From Eledone cirrhosa (taxonomy: Eukaryota), in NCBI GenBank assembly GCA_964016885.1, contig OZ024742.1, positions 270,754,001 through 270,818,000 of the forward strand: DNA of 64,000 bases, written 5' to 3'. The notes under the pieces were generated by a model, which saw nothing but the letters and a program-made list of their open reading frames with translations, made no database searches and had not been told where the DNA came from. Below are positions 27,748 to 42,639 of the stretch, in pieces. Position 1 is the first letter of the stretch; each line of letters starts with the position of its first letter. The position numbers were made by a program, and so were the translations under genes.

Positions 27748-29411
27748 ACACATACATATACATACATATACACATACGCATACATATATACACATACACA
27801 TAAATAAGTACTCAATAAATATACGCATTACACAGGCACATAAAAACATCTCTACAGGCAAAAAATGCAGATAGGTAAGAGGTACTCACATAACCATAGT
27901 GGCCGTATTTCAGGTTGAGGAGGGGTGTGGGTAGGGTGGGAAGGAGGTATATGGTCTAATAGGAGGAGGTCGTTTTTAGCCATCGGGCTTTAACACTGGC
28001 TTAAATATTTGAAAGTTGCAAAGTTCTTGTGCATGCAGTTCGGACAGTGTTCAGAGAGTTTGTTCAGTAGCATGCCCTTGGCGAATAAAATTTCGTAGCT
28101 CTCTGAGATACATATGTCGCAGCCCTTTATCCTCCGTTGTAAAAGCGCGCTTTCTGGAGTATTTTCCATTTAAGCGTGAAGGGGGTGGAGTTCCTTTTGA
28201 GGTCCCAAACATAGGGGGCGAGTGTTGTCTGGTTTTATTTGTCCGGTCTTCTGAAGGAGTGGGTATGGGCATACCAACGGGTCTTAAAGTTATTGGAGGT
28301 CATGCCGATGTAAGTTTTTTTGTTATTGCAATCATCGATCCCTGAGATGACATCGCATTTGTATACGATATCATTTGTGAGGCATTTGTTTTCAAGTGGG
28401 CAGCTTCCTTATTTAGGCAATTACACAAAGCCCCAGTCCGGAGATTGGGTTCGGAGGTGGTTGGCTTATTTATTTTTTTTAGAATTGTGGTTGGCTATAT
28501 TCCTAGCTAGGTTAGGTGTGGTGGAGTAGGAGAGTCTTATTGTGTTCTTATTAAAGATGGTGTGGTACCTATGTTGTATGGGGAAGTGTAATTTCAGCAT
28601 AGTGCAGAAGATCCTAGCTATCGGTGTAGAGGCCTCTCTATTCAATGGAGGGTTGTACCAGCTAATCTGCCTATGCCTATTCCTCCTCTGCAACTTGCGG
28701 TGGTTTCTAGGTAGGTTATCATTTCTTTAAATCCGCTGCTGGTGAAGGCGTCATTGTAGTAAAAGGCAGAGGCGTTAAAAATATCTTTGTTGGCGGAGAG
28801 GCCAGATATTCTAATAGAGACGCTTTTTACTAGGTTGTCAGTGATCTTTTGGGGGTGGTTTGAATTAACATTAATATATCTAAGGGACTCGTTAGGTTTG
28901 TGGTACGGGTAATAGAGGGAAGTATCAAGGTCGAGAGTGACATCCAATAAGTTGGCTCTAATCAAATGAGATTCTATGGTTATACTAAATCCTAGATGAG
29001 AGAAGAACGAGCTTAAGTTTTTCCGAAACCCATCGGCGGTTCTGGGGTTAACCTTGTGCAGGGCGAAGAGGCCGTCGTCTCGGTATAAACCTCCGGTTAG
29101 GCTGGTAAAGAGGTTCTTCAGGTGATGTAGGCTGTACAAGCCCACAAGGTCGCTAATTTCAGCCGAGTCACCCGCTCCCATACTAACGTCAAATGGGGTC
29201 TGAGATTTCTTGTTGATCCAGTAAGATCCAACGTGGTATAGAAAGGTCTTACCTATCTGCATTTTCTGCCTGTAGAGCTGGTTTTATGTGCCTGTGTATA
29301 TGCGAAAATTTATTGAGAACTTTTTTATGTGTATGTGTATACATTTGTGTGTATGTGTATATATGTATGCATATGTGTATATGTATGTATATGTATGTGT
29401 ACACACACACA

Positions 29412-29482
<71 letters not shown>

Positions 29483-29565
29483 ATGTGTGTATATATATGT
29501 GTGTGTGTGCGTGTGTGTGTGTGTATATATATGTGTGTATGTGTGTATATATTTGTGTATATATA

Positions 29566-29608
<43 letters not shown>

Positions 29609-29701
29609 GTATATGTATATATATATGTGTGTATGTATGTGTATATATGTGTATATGCATATGCATACGTGTATGTGTGTGTGCATATGTATGTGTGTAT
29701 G

Positions 29702-29738
<37 letters not shown>

Positions 29739-29909
29739 GTATATATGTATATATATATATTTATATATATATATATATGTATATCTGTATATGTATGTGT
29801 TTGTGTATATGTGTGTGTATATATATGTGTGTCTGTATGTGTGTATATATATGTGTATATGCATATGTGTATGTGTGCACATGTATGTGTGAGTGTATAT
29901 GTGTGTATT

Positions 29910-29940
<31 letters not shown>

Positions 29941-30114
29941 ATATATATATATATGTATGTATGGTGTATGTGTGTATATATATGTGTGTGTGTGCGTGTG
30001 TGTGTGTGTATATATATGTGTGTATGTGTTTGTGTGGTTCTCTCTGTGTGTGTATTTATTTATTTATATATGTGTGTATGTGTGTATATATGTACATGTG
30101 TGTATATGTATGTG

Positions 30115-30197
<83 letters not shown>

Positions 30198-30803
30198 TGT
30201 GGGTGCGTGCGAGTGTGTGAGTGGGTGTGCTTGTGAATGTGTCTGTTGATTTTTGGCATATAGTTGAATAGTTTAAGAGAATTTTGAAAATAATCGTATG
30301 ATATGCGCTCAATATTTTGAATCTGTCTACATAGTTCTCTAGGCCTTTGTCACTTAGTAGAACCTTAAAGAATTTAGCTTTTAAAGAATCTCCCTTTCCT
30401 TTAAATCCATCAACTATGACTGCCCTCCACTTATCTTATAGACACCTGTTAGCTTAAGAGAAACTTAAAAATAAGGAGTGGCACCCCATCTTGAACTTGT
30501 TTATAGAATTCTTTCTGCCTTTGTTACTCTAAAAATAAACTATAGATTTGAAGAATTAGCTTTTAATGAATTCCCTTTTCTATCAACCAATGACCTACAC
30601 CCATCCCACTCCCTACCCTCTCCTACCACTTGAAGAGACCTATAAATATCATACTTATTTTTTGATACCCAGATTCCTGATGATTTCTAAAGAATGAAAC
30701 AGTTCTAGTCGTCTAGATTCTCATCTATATTAAAACTGTTATACTCTGCAATGTATTGAGTACCTTACTTACTGTGGTTACCTCCGATTCAACCCGGAAT
30801 AAC

Positions 30804-30805
<2 letters not shown>
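26834..30805 (-). mobile_element. Penelope-like element, 5'-truncated, with inverted pseudo-LTR
   Basis: RT and GIY-YIG fragments at 28016-29262; 26834-27875 is the reverse complement of 29248-30422; degenerate HHR at 30671-30721. Confidence 0.9.
28016..29262 (-). pseudogene. Penelope RT (C-terminal half) plus GIY-YIG, frameshifted
   Basis: FDVSMGAGDSAEISDLVGLY, LYRDDG, LDVTLDL, YINVNSNHP; WYNPP; CPLENKCLTNDIVY, YIGMTSNNFKTRW. Confidence 0.9.
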
Positions 30806-31666
<861 letters not shown>

Positions 31667-31673
<7 letters not shown>

Positions 31674-32272
31674 CAAATAACGAAACGAAATTAAATTTCG
31701 TTTCGTTTGTAACTCACTTTTGTATGACTGACGCTTAAACAATTAAGTTAAAGATGTACATCCATATATGTATACTGAAATACTAGTATGTATATGAATA
31801 CACACCCGTATACATATGTAGATGTACCAAGTTTTTTCACTGGTCACTTTACTGTGAGTGGCCAGCTATTCTGTATGTAAACACACAGACAAACCGGTTT
31901 TTAGAGTCATACTGGTTTTTGAGGAAACACCTTTCCTCTATTCTCCAGAAAGCCAGACAAGGAATATTGAACTAGTTTCGTTATTGTTACAACTCATCAG
32001 CAATATTTACCTATCTTCCGGCCTCTCTAGAGAATCGTAAAAGCACATATCGTTATATGCTTTTTCTATGAAAATTAGTAGTGGGCAGACTAATTTGCAT
32101 AGAGTGTGAGTAAGTACCGGTTCAACGGAGACGATAAAAACAAATAACGAAACGAAATTAAATTTCGTTTCGTTTGTAACTCACTTTTGTATGACTGACG
32201 CTTAAACAATTAAGTTAAAGATGTACATCCATATATGTATACTGAAATACTAGTATGTATATGAATACACAC
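31667..32272 (-). mobile_element. non-coding 467-nt HHR unit with identical 139-bp terminal direct repeats, in (TA)n
   Basis: 31667-31805 equals 32134-32272 by eye; intact HHR at 31963-32007; no TE ORF. Confidence 0.8.
31963..32007 (-). ncRNA. intact minimal type I hammerhead ribozyme
   Basis: aatattg-CTGATGA-gttgt aaca ataac-GAAA-ctag-TT-caatatt: 7-bp stem I, G-C closed stem II, palindromic ACUAGU, GUU site. Confidence 0.85.
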
Positions 32273-32776
32273 ATATTATATTATATATATATATATATTA
32301 TATTTTATATATATATATATATATTATATTTTATATATATATATATATATTATATTATATATATATATATATTATATTATATATATATATAATAGAATAA
32401 TCGAGAATCGGAATATCAGCCCACGAAATCACGATAAACAATATCCGATATATGTGGCAGAGGGCTCAATAATTTGGAAAAATCAGAGCTATAACTATCG
32501 TTAAAATACTAACACATAGAGGTCATGACTAAAATCACCCATGCAGCCGAAAATATATATAAACATGAGAATAAAGAAGAATACTGCGTGGTTGTACATG
32601 GGTTACATATGATAAAAATAGTCCTTCGTCAGTGATTTGTCAACCATCATTGATATTTCATCGCATTAAAAATCATATACCTCAGGTTGGTGCGAGCAAT
32701 AGCTAAATAAAGCTATTGGGACAAGTAAATCGCGTAAAGCGAGTGAGACAAGTAAACAACATAGATGGATGTATAC

Positions 32777-32822
<46 letters not shown>

Positions 32823-32879
32823 GTGTGTGTGTGTATATATATATTTAATTAGAAACTGAACAATACAAGAGATAACTAC

Positions 32880-33379
32880 TCCATATGTTACAGTATTATA
32901 TTGTAAATTATTGTGAGAAGCTGACAATGCTGATGGCGTCAACATCATCATTGTTGGTGTAATCTCTCCATCTTTCCATTCATCTCTTCGTTCTTCTTCA
33001 TAAGTCTTGCTCCATCGTTTTCTTCCCACATTCTTCTCCTCTCCTCCTTTTCTCTTCTCTCTCTCTATAACCCTCTCATTTCTCATATCACACTTTCACC
33101 CGCTCTCTCCCTCTCTCCCCCACTCTCCTTTCGGTTTTTGATTATACCGAACAAAATTATTTACTATGCGAATAGTATCCAGCTATTACGGCTAACTTTC
33201 GCGCTCAGAAACTCCAATTTTGCGTATATTCATATACACTCATCGCTTCAAACGTTTTCAGTTAATTTTTGATACATAACATGAACGAAGTCAGGCTTTC
33301 TACATAGAAAGGATGGGGTGCAAGAGGTAAATATTTATATCGTTATCTATCTTCATTCATGCCACTCTCTCTCTCTGTC

Positions 33380-33473
<94 letters not shown>

Positions 33474-34100
33474 TCTCAATGTCTTCCTCACTCAACCTAT
33501 TATTATTTCTCCCGTTTTAGTCCCCTCTTGTTGCTGTTTTTATCACAGTTGCTTCCACTTTTTGCTGCTGCTTTTCCCGTTCGAATAGCACAAATACTCT
33601 ATCTTTATATCTCCCGCCATGGCCTCCCTTCATTTTCCCCCACTACTGCTGATGTCACTTCCAACTGCTGTTGTGGCTGCCCTCTAACCATCGAACAGCA
33701 AACAGCCTTTCTTTCGTATATCACGGCTTCGTGCGGACGTACCTCTTTGCATTCTCTCGTCCCTCTATTCAAGGGTTGGCACAACACATATTTGATTTCT
33801 GTTGCACGGCTAATACTTCTATATATAATCCGTCCCTCATGCAAGAAACTATGTTACAGTATTATATGGTTAAGTATTTTGGGAAGCTGACGATTCTAAT
33901 AACGATACGTTCCTTTTTCATGTTGGTCTATCTCTCCATCTTTCTATCCATTTCTATTTCTTATCTCACATATTGACCCTCTTTCTCTCCCTCTCTCCCA
34001 CTTTCATTCGATTTGTGTGATTATAACTTACCCTGCACAGCAAAAATAAGAAAATAAAAATGACTATGCAAATAGTATCCAGCAATTACGGATACCTTTC
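32880..34100. repeat. diverged direct duplication (~32880-33200 vs ~33848-34100)
   Basis: Shared blocks tatgttacagtattatat...gaagctgac and actatgc(g/a)aatagtatccagc(t/a)attacgg. Confidence 0.55.
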
Positions 34101-34318
34101 CTGAATGAAACAGTAGAAGCCATTTCTCTATTATATATATATACTAATAATAAATGAAAAATATTCTCATGACCAAAATATATATATTATTATAAATATT
34201 TCAAAGGTACAATGGTGTTTCAGTACGTTTTCATCAGATAAAATATATGAGAGATCGGATATGCGACATACCGCTGCGGTTTTAATTATTCAATTCCGTT
34301 AGTCGTTATATATATTTA

Positions 34319-37300
34319 CTAGCATTAAAGCCCGGTGCTGCTCGCGGTCAGTAAGTTGCCAAAGTTAGGTGCACCACCCATTTTATGGCAGAAGATGTTT
34401 GTCTGCCTGTCACTGGTTGAATGAATTGCAGACCTGGACTGCCGAAGCAGGAGCTGCGCCAGCAGTGACAATTATAGTTTCGCTTATTGATATTATCTCT
34501 GTGCAAAGAAGTGTTGAAATATATTGTTTCACAGTACTTGCGCAACACGCGCGTAGACGCAGCCAGCCGAACAACAGAGCTGCGATGGAGTTGTTCTGCA
34601 TGACATGTTTTAACGGGGGAGGAGGTGAATGGGGGAACTGCAAACAGGGGCCTGAAAACATTGTTGAATTATGACAACCAAAAAAGAGGAAGAGGGGTCA
34701 TTGTACGGTTGGTGCATCATGTACGTCGGACGTAGAAGATGAGCCTGCTGCTGTGCCGACGGAGGGAGGGAAATAGAGCTGAGTTAGGCCAGGTGTTGGT
34801 GAAGTGTGAAGTAATTGCAGGGAACCGCCTAAAAATGTAAATCCCATCATTAAAGCATTGTTCACCCTTTGAGAGTCGTACCGAGGTGAAATACTAACCT
34901 GTCCACGGTTCTCCGAGGCCGACCATACAGGGGTTGGTGAGGAGCAACAGCTGATATTTGAGTAGGGTCGGAGTTGCAATGAAGCTTTGTAACGCCGCGA
35001 GAATCTGCCTTTGTACGGCCGATGGTGGGGAGTGTCCAGTGCACTGCAGTGAAGGTTAACCTACTAAGAAAGTACTCACGAAAAGGCAAAATATAAAAAA
35101 ATAAAAAAGTTATAAAATTAGGAATCGATGTAATCCTATAAAACCTCCTTTTACACAATGTTTTCTGTTTTTTCTTCCGGAACGAACCCGAAATCATCAC
35201 TCTTGCTGCCGACACGCGAGCAGCCAACGTACAGCTGACCATGAGAGAAACACGGCTCTCCCAAATGTATTCCCGCGACAGACAATGTTTTCCCCTGCGC
35301 TTTGTTAATTGACATTGCGAAGCAAGGCCTGACCGGGAACTGGGACCTCCAAAATGTGAAAGGTAGGTCTGCTCCTGATGAGAAAAGATGCATCATCGAT
35401 TTGAATACAAACTTGACCCGACCGAACCCTGTGATTATCGTGGCGTCAATTAGATTGGGAGCTAAGGACTTAACGACCAAACGTGTGCCATTGCATTGTT
35501 TCGGTGGAACCAAATTTCGAATGAGCATTATAGGTGCACCTACTTTAAGTTTCAAAGTGTGTGGGGGTAATCCGTGGGGGCCCAAAGGAATTTAGTACCT
35601 CTATTGGATAGTTGATGACGTCCTCGGGGTCAGGAGTTCTATCGATAGACTTATATACGTAGCCATCCCCAGGAATGAGGTTTAGCATTTGATCATTAAT
35701 ATGGTTAACAGTTTTATTTCTCGGGGCCAGAATAGCACTTTGGGCAAGCCAATCCATATTCTGATAATTTGCTTGGAGATCTGGGAACACTGCATCCCTG
35801 AGAATAGAAGGCGTACTAACAAGGGTACAAAGTTAGTCGATGGCAATATTACCCTTTTCATCCCCGGGCGTTTTGCCTTCGCCAATTGCAAAGAGGGTGT
35901 GAGAAAATGCTGCTGATGCGATATCACCTCGCATATGAACACGCATGTTAGTGTGAAATTCAGAGTCTTCACCAGGGGCCACAATGCGGATGACTTAAGA
36001 CACGCACGTACTGCATCAGCTCTAGTCCCCTTGGGAATAACGGGAAAGTTTGCCTGAAGTCCCCCGAAAGAAGTGTTATGCCTCCCATGGGAGCCGTAGA
36101 GTCTTTGATGTCTCTCAGAATTCTATCTAGCGCCTCAAGAGCACCTCTGTGGGACATCGTGCATTCGTCCCAAACGATAAGCTTGCATCATCTGAACACT
36201 TCTGCCTGATCGGAGCTCTTACTGATGTGGCAAGTTGGTGTCTCAGTTTTCTCTAAGTCAAGCGGGAGCTTGAAATAGGAGTGAGCTGTCCTGCCGCCCG
36301 GCAACAAAATAGCCGCAATTCCAGATGATGCCACAGCTAAGGCAATGCATTCTGTTCGCCTAATCTCAGCTAATATTAATTTGTTGACAACAAGTTTTCC
36401 CAGATCCCAGGAGCGTCCAGGAAAATAATCCTCCTAGCTTTGTCCCGGACAGAATAAACAACGGAGTTGTAAGAGAATTTATGTTCTGGAAGGAGCTTTG
36501 GCTCATTCTCCGCTATGTACTGGGCAAGCTCGACAACATTATAAGATGTCTCACGCAGCAAATCCGAAGACAGAGTGTTTGCGCCTTCCCGGTTTGTTGA
36601 CGGTAGGCCATACACCGCAAACGCACGACCGCCCATATCGAGAACAGTATCTTCGATTTCAAGCAGCGCCCTGTTGTAAATGAGGTCACTGTACCCGACC
36701 TCCATCGATGGGTTTAGCAACTGAGCCTGATGTGTAATCTTTGTAGCTAAGCCATAAAGAGGCCGGATCACCCAAGTCGCACCATAGGAGTAGAATAGCG
36801 AAAAGCGATCTTAGTCTTTTAGGAGATTTCAACGAAATGCCCTCTGCCATAGTGGCGCGCCATTGTAAATCATCTTCCAAAAGGCCACGCCTAAAGCAGG
36901 CTTCCTGGAAAGTATCACATAATTCACCGTCAACAGTTCTTATGTCTCAAAAGCTTTGTGGGTCAAAAACCTCATGGAGGAGAAGGCGCAGGTGAACACA
37001 CTCATGCTTGTTGGGAGGTACAGTGTACATTCTTCCTAGACAACTGTCAAACTTGACACCAGGATGTCCTTCAACATCCTGACCTGACTTCCTACGCACT
37101 CAAGTGTTGTTTGACCACACGTAGTAGGACGGGACCTGAAGATATGAAAGTGTTTTTGCAAATGTGTCAAGTTGGCAAAGCGTAAACAAAACAGTCAAAG
37201 TTGTTTCTTTTGGATTGGCCGCCAAATGAGCAGCAGTCTGCTCAGTAAAGTAAGCCCGCTGGCCGTTTTCCAAATGAACCGCTAGTTGTATGATGGCGGG

Positions 37301-37602
37301 GTGCCTTTGGTGAAGTGGAAACCCGAATATCCGCCAAAAAGTTTCACCACTGCTGATATATAGACCTGCCAAGTACTCTGAGACTTTGTCCCTGCTATTG
37401 TCGATTTGAAGGCCGAACATGGCAGCGTCGGAACCTTTGTTAACATATTGACATATGTACGTTACCGACTTCACTGAATGACAGAACTCCACATTTATAT
37501 GAGCGTTGAAAGTTTTCATCAGAAATGGACAGTACCTATTATCAACTTGATGACCCCGTAACGTCATAGTGAATCCTCGGTTCTCAGGCGCCTTCGTCTG
37601 TA
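34319..37602 (-). mobile_element. Helitron (Rep/Pif1 helicase), 5'-truncated and frameshifted
   Basis: FNAHINVEFCHSVKSVTYICQYVNKGSD; IFLDAPG; SGDFRQ; [13 protein letters not shown]...CNGTRL...[17 protein letters not shown]...[13 protein letters not shown]; minus-strand 3' end ccgcgagcagcaccggg...gCTAG followed by T. Confidence 0.95.
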
Positions 37603-37724
37603 CAGTTCTGTCTGTCATTATCTGGCTCACTCCTTTATTGTTTTCCTCTCTCTCTAAAGGAAATTAGTAAGGAGTGGGTTTATAAGCGTATATAAGAGAA
37701 GGTTGTAATCGTGTGTCGAAACAA

Positions 37725-37992
37725 ATACTTGGGGAGGATCATATTTTTGTAATAATAATAGAACACACTCATTGTTTGGTTGGTTTTCGCTTATGTATCT
37801 TTTATATCTCCATAATTAATTTATTTGGCAATCAATGTTTATGATTGACTGACCAACGGTTAATAATACAGATATAGATATATATTTATATATTCTATCG
37901 AAGTTCTTTCGTTGCGCATCTGCAACATAGTTAGTGGTACTATTATCATGTTCCTTCCTATTGTATTATATTGTTTACGCCATTTTTTTATT

Positions 37993-38039
<47 letters not shown>

Positions 38040-41000
38040 TTTGTGTCTCCGTCTCTGCGCATGCGTTTGCGTGTGCGTATAATGTTTGGTATGTGTATTC
38101 GCGTTTGAGTGTATGTGCTTTGATATTTGTATTCTATCTTTGTTTACTAGTGTGTGTTTATTTGTTTGTTGTTATTGTGCTTGTGTATATATTTATTTAG
38201 TTATATATATATATATATTTCCCTTAAGACAGTATTGTTTCTTTGGGTATGGTTGTTGTTGTTATTCCATTCGTTTTTTTTGTTTAACTTTGGTTTTCTA
38301 TGCTCTATTTCACTTGCTTCTCTGATTTGCCTACATGCTAGGTCATTTCTAGGTTTAGATATTATTTTAATTTCTATGTTGTCTATATTACCGTCGTCTC
38401 TTTGTCTGGCGTGTTCGTAAGTACTGAACCGTTTTTTTTTGTTCTTCTAATTCCCCCCAGTGATGGTCTATTCTTTCTCCTATGCTTCCAGCTGCCTCAC
38501 CTATGTATGTAGTTGTAACGTTTCTGCAAGTAGCATCTGTGCCTCTTATGCTATAGACTACATTTCTAGTTTTACAGTTTATCTGGCGGTTCACTTTACA
38601 TATAACACATTTCTTATTAGTACAGTGGGTTTTCTTAAAGCGGTATGTTTTGCTGATCAGAGATTTTATGGGAGTTCCTGGCTTTTCTACCACATTAATC
38701 TTTAAGTGGGTCTTTCGTAGGGCCTTTCTACATTGGTTAGCTAATCAGAGGTAGCATCCACGAACATGACACTATGATGTCTTTGGTTGTCGTACCATGA
38801 AGAGGCTTTCCCTATCTTATGTTTAGTCCTATCTTAGCTATTCCATGTGTTGTTTGTTCCTGTATAATGGACAAATTCCTTTCATGTCCATTTGTATGAG
38901 GGTCTTATACTACTCCGTGGCTCCTTCGTATACTCTGATTCTGTCTCTGTCGTTGTAGTGAGAGAACTTCACGCGATTGATGAAGTGTTGGTTAGATGTG
39001 TCTTTCCATTTCAGTTGGGTCGCACATGCGGGACACGTTCATCATTACTCGTACCACGTCGGCGATCAGAATATTAAACTGGTCATTGCTGAGTTTTTGA
39101 GTATCAGATATATGGAGGCCACAGGTTTAGCATAGTGTGAGTGGAGAATGTGGGCCCTCTCGTCTATAATATTAATCCACATTTCCGTGTCTAATTGTTA
39201 GGGTGTTTGGAAGTGTAGTCAACGGTTAGAGTTATACTCTGGTGTATGGAGTTAGCTGTGTGCTGGATGCTTTCCATTGTACTATATTCTAAATCATGTT
39301 CATTAGTACTCCATTGTGGGGGTGTTCTTATTATACATTACTATCGTCTACGTAACGAGTGTGTATGACGAGTTCTATGGAGCTCTCTTCAAGGAGATAT
39401 TTGAGTCTCCTCTCCCACCATACCATAAATAGATTGGCAACATCACCAGCTATGCTGACGCCAATGGCTGGGCCCTCATTCTGGGTGTAGATCTTTTCAT
39501 TGAATTCAAACATATGGCACTTTATTGTAGTTTTAATACTAGCCCTATTGCATGCGCGACCATTTTTCTCACCTGATCATTGTTTTTAGGTGTCTGTATT
39601 GCTTTGGTCCATCCATTCCACCTTCCCATGGGTGTCTTTTTAGCCATTGCAGTTATGGTGGGGTGTCATTCTCTTATGGTTCTACTGGGGCAGACACAGC
39701 TAAGGTCATGGTTCTCTAGGTACTTGGTGTTATAATTAAGTCTAAGAAGGAGACCCAGTTCATCTGCGTCGACGTCGCAGAACACTACCTCGCTCTCACA
39801 GATTATTTCCACACATTTTTCCACAGCAAAATCAATGTCAATGAATGAGTACAGTGATACTACATCCATAGTACCTATTATGCAATTAGATAACTTTTTT
39901 GTTGTTGCACTCATGATTCTGCTGAAGAGGTCCTCTGTAATGTTACATACATCTGGGGACATCTTAATTATGTGGAAGTAGGAGTTCCTCTAGTTGCTAG
40001 CAATATTGTTTCCGCATACAGGACTTGTTGGTGGCCCTGTCGTCGGATCGCCGACTGTCTTATGGCTTTGCGGAAACCATACAAGAGTGACGCTTGGAAG
40101 TTGTTGACAGTGCGTCTGCTAGGTTTTAGGATGTCGGTCCACATCACCATGTGAGCGTTGAAGATCTTCTCTCTCCTCTTCTCTCATGTGTTTGTTGTGT
40201 TGTTTCGCTCGTGTTGATGATGTGGGGTTGCATAGCCTTGATATAGTTTGGCATGCTGACAATTGACATCCTACCAGATTTATCTGTGGGTAGACACATT
40301 ACCTCACCATACCTTGTGCACAGCTTCAGGCTAATTAGGCTTTCTACAGGTTTCCTTCAAAGTTTTTGGATTTCTGGTCTGCTTTGTCTCTTAGTATATC
40401 GGTCTACTACTTGTCTAAGTGTATATCTAGCTATGGTAAACTGTCCTTCTGTTTCGTTGTGGTATACATCTATTTGTTGTGGTATACAAACTCTTTTATT
40501 AAAAGGTCATTTAGTGGGATAAATTTTGTTTATCTTATATGTTTTGTCAGCTGGGTTGAAGGATAGGTTCTCTAATGGGGGGTCATTAAATCTATCGTCA
40601 TAAATCTGTGTGCTACAATTATTGCCATTATGGTTGTTGTTCCTACCGTTAACATTATTATTATTGTTATGATTGTTAAATGTATTATTGTTGTTCTCTT
40701 TATTGTTATTGTTGTTGTTACTGGTATTTCTACTATGTGGTTGTTACATTTATTATGTTTGTTGTTTTTTTGTGGTTCCTGTTGTTGCTGTCCTCTCTAT
40801 CGTTAACGTTGTTGCTCCTGCTATTTCTATTATTATTGTGGTTGTTGTTGTTGCTCTCTCTACCGTTGCCGTTGCTGCTCTCACTGATGATGTTGCAGAT
40901 GTGCAACGAAAGAATTTTGATAGACTATATATATATATTTATATCTGTATCTTTAGCCGTTGGTCAATCAATGATAAACATTGATCGCCAAATAAATTAA

Positions 41001-41110
41001 CTATGGAGATATAAAACATACAGAAGCAAAAACCTGCCAAACAGTGAGTGTGTTCTGTCATTATTTCGGGCAATATTATTACAACAATATGACCCTCCCC
41101 AAGTATAACT
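37725..41110 (-). mobile_element. second-family Penelope-like element with inverted pseudo-LTR, decayed
   Basis: TDKSG, DVVSLY, FEFNEKIYTQNEGPAIG...RYVDD, CVICK...NVVYSI...YIGE; 37725-37935 is the reverse complement of 40880-41110. Confidence 0.85.
40881..40920 (+). ncRNA. hammerhead motif in PLE pseudo-LTR
   Basis: tca-CTGATGA-t gttgca gatg tgcaac-GAAA-gaat-TT-tga; decayed mirror at ~37895-37935. Confidence 0.6.
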
Positions 41111-41263
41111 ATATATATATTTGTATGTATAGAGGATAACAAGGTAGCGTTTAAGGTAATCCAGCTGGAGGATATGAGTACGCTGTGTCGAGGAAAGTTT
41201 TGACGTACGGCCTTGTACAGTATCCTGCTTACCACATCATCACTTCCACCACTTTTTTCATGT

Positions 41264-41372
41264 TGCCGAGGTTAACTTTGCCTTTCATCCTTATGGGGTC
41301 GCTAAAATAAAGTACCAGTAATACACTGGATTAATTGCTAGCCTTGTGCCAAACAAGTAGAAACAATGGTTA
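41264..41372 (+). mobile_element. 5'-truncated SINE
   Basis: gccgaggttaactttgcctttcatccttatggggtcg...gccttgtgcc. Confidence 0.8.
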
Positions 41373-41677
41373 TTATTGTCATTACAATTTTACGCCTCTA
41401 TCTACTCTTCCTTACACATATTACTACTACCACTACTACTACTATTATTATTAATCTTATTATTATTATTGTTGTTCTTTTCATTTATGTTATTCACCCA
41501 TGACTCTATAAATACCAATGCCCTGTGTTATGTACATATCAGTATTCTGAGGATCCGGTCAGGTATCGACTGTAATTAACGTTGAGTGATGTAACTTCTA
41601 ACTATTACCGACTTTTAGAGTCACCTAACTAAAGAAACAATTGTTAAAACTGTAAATGTGCCCTAGTGTACAGACTT

Positions 41678-42100
<423 letters not shown>

Positions 42101-42296
42101 CTCTCTCTCTCTCCTCTCTCTCTCAATATATATATATATATACAGGGAGTGTAACTTGGAGTTACTGAAACTTCACCTGGTTGAGCACTCGATGTTTAGG
42201 GTCACTTCAGTGTCGAGTTGTAGAGCTAGACACAGTGTAATATAGTGAAATAAGATAACAAGGGCGATTGGTTACTCCTTCCTTACGTTGATTGGT

Positions 42297-42434
42297 TGGT
42301 GACGCGCGTTTCGCCACTGATCAGCTCATCGTTCGATCTGTATCGACCTTACCCGACTCTGTAATCCGTGGCTCGTCAGAGGGTTCTGACGAACCGCGGA
42401 TTACAGAGTCGGGTCAGATCGATACAGATCGAAC
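42297..42434 (-). ncRNA. hammerhead-like motif with 50-nt stem II loop, overlapped by a 104-nt hairpin
   Basis: Minus strand CTGACGA-gccac-(50 nt)-gtggc-GAAA-cgcgcg-TC; hairpin 42331-42434. Confidence 0.55.
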
Positions 42435-42571
42435 CTCAATCCAGAAATAGCCGTCGAAACGGCTTGAGCTCTGCCGTCGGGATCTTGAACATGTTAACCC
42501 ACTCTTCTACCCTACGTATTAAGTACTCTGGTGCGTTATGGTCCACCTGGTTCCTTACCACACTTTTTTCG

Positions 42572-42617
<46 letters not shown>

Positions 42618-42639
42618 CATCACATCACAATGAGAGTTG

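Noticed and set aside
31667-32272. LTR retrotransposon/TRIM or CRISPR interpretation of the direct repeats
   Set aside because: No TG...CA ends, primer-binding site or polypurine tract seen; only two repeats and eukaryotic context, so not CRISPR.
32625-32640. CTGACGA on the minus strand
   Set aside because: No matching GAAA half nearby.
35151-35585. Host PIF1 helicase gene
   Set aside because: Intronless, frameshifted, linked to a Helitron Rep domain and a hairpin-CTAG terminus.
40620-40880. Hydrophobic ORFs resembling membrane proteins
   Set aside because: (GTT)/(ATT)-rich low-complexity tract.
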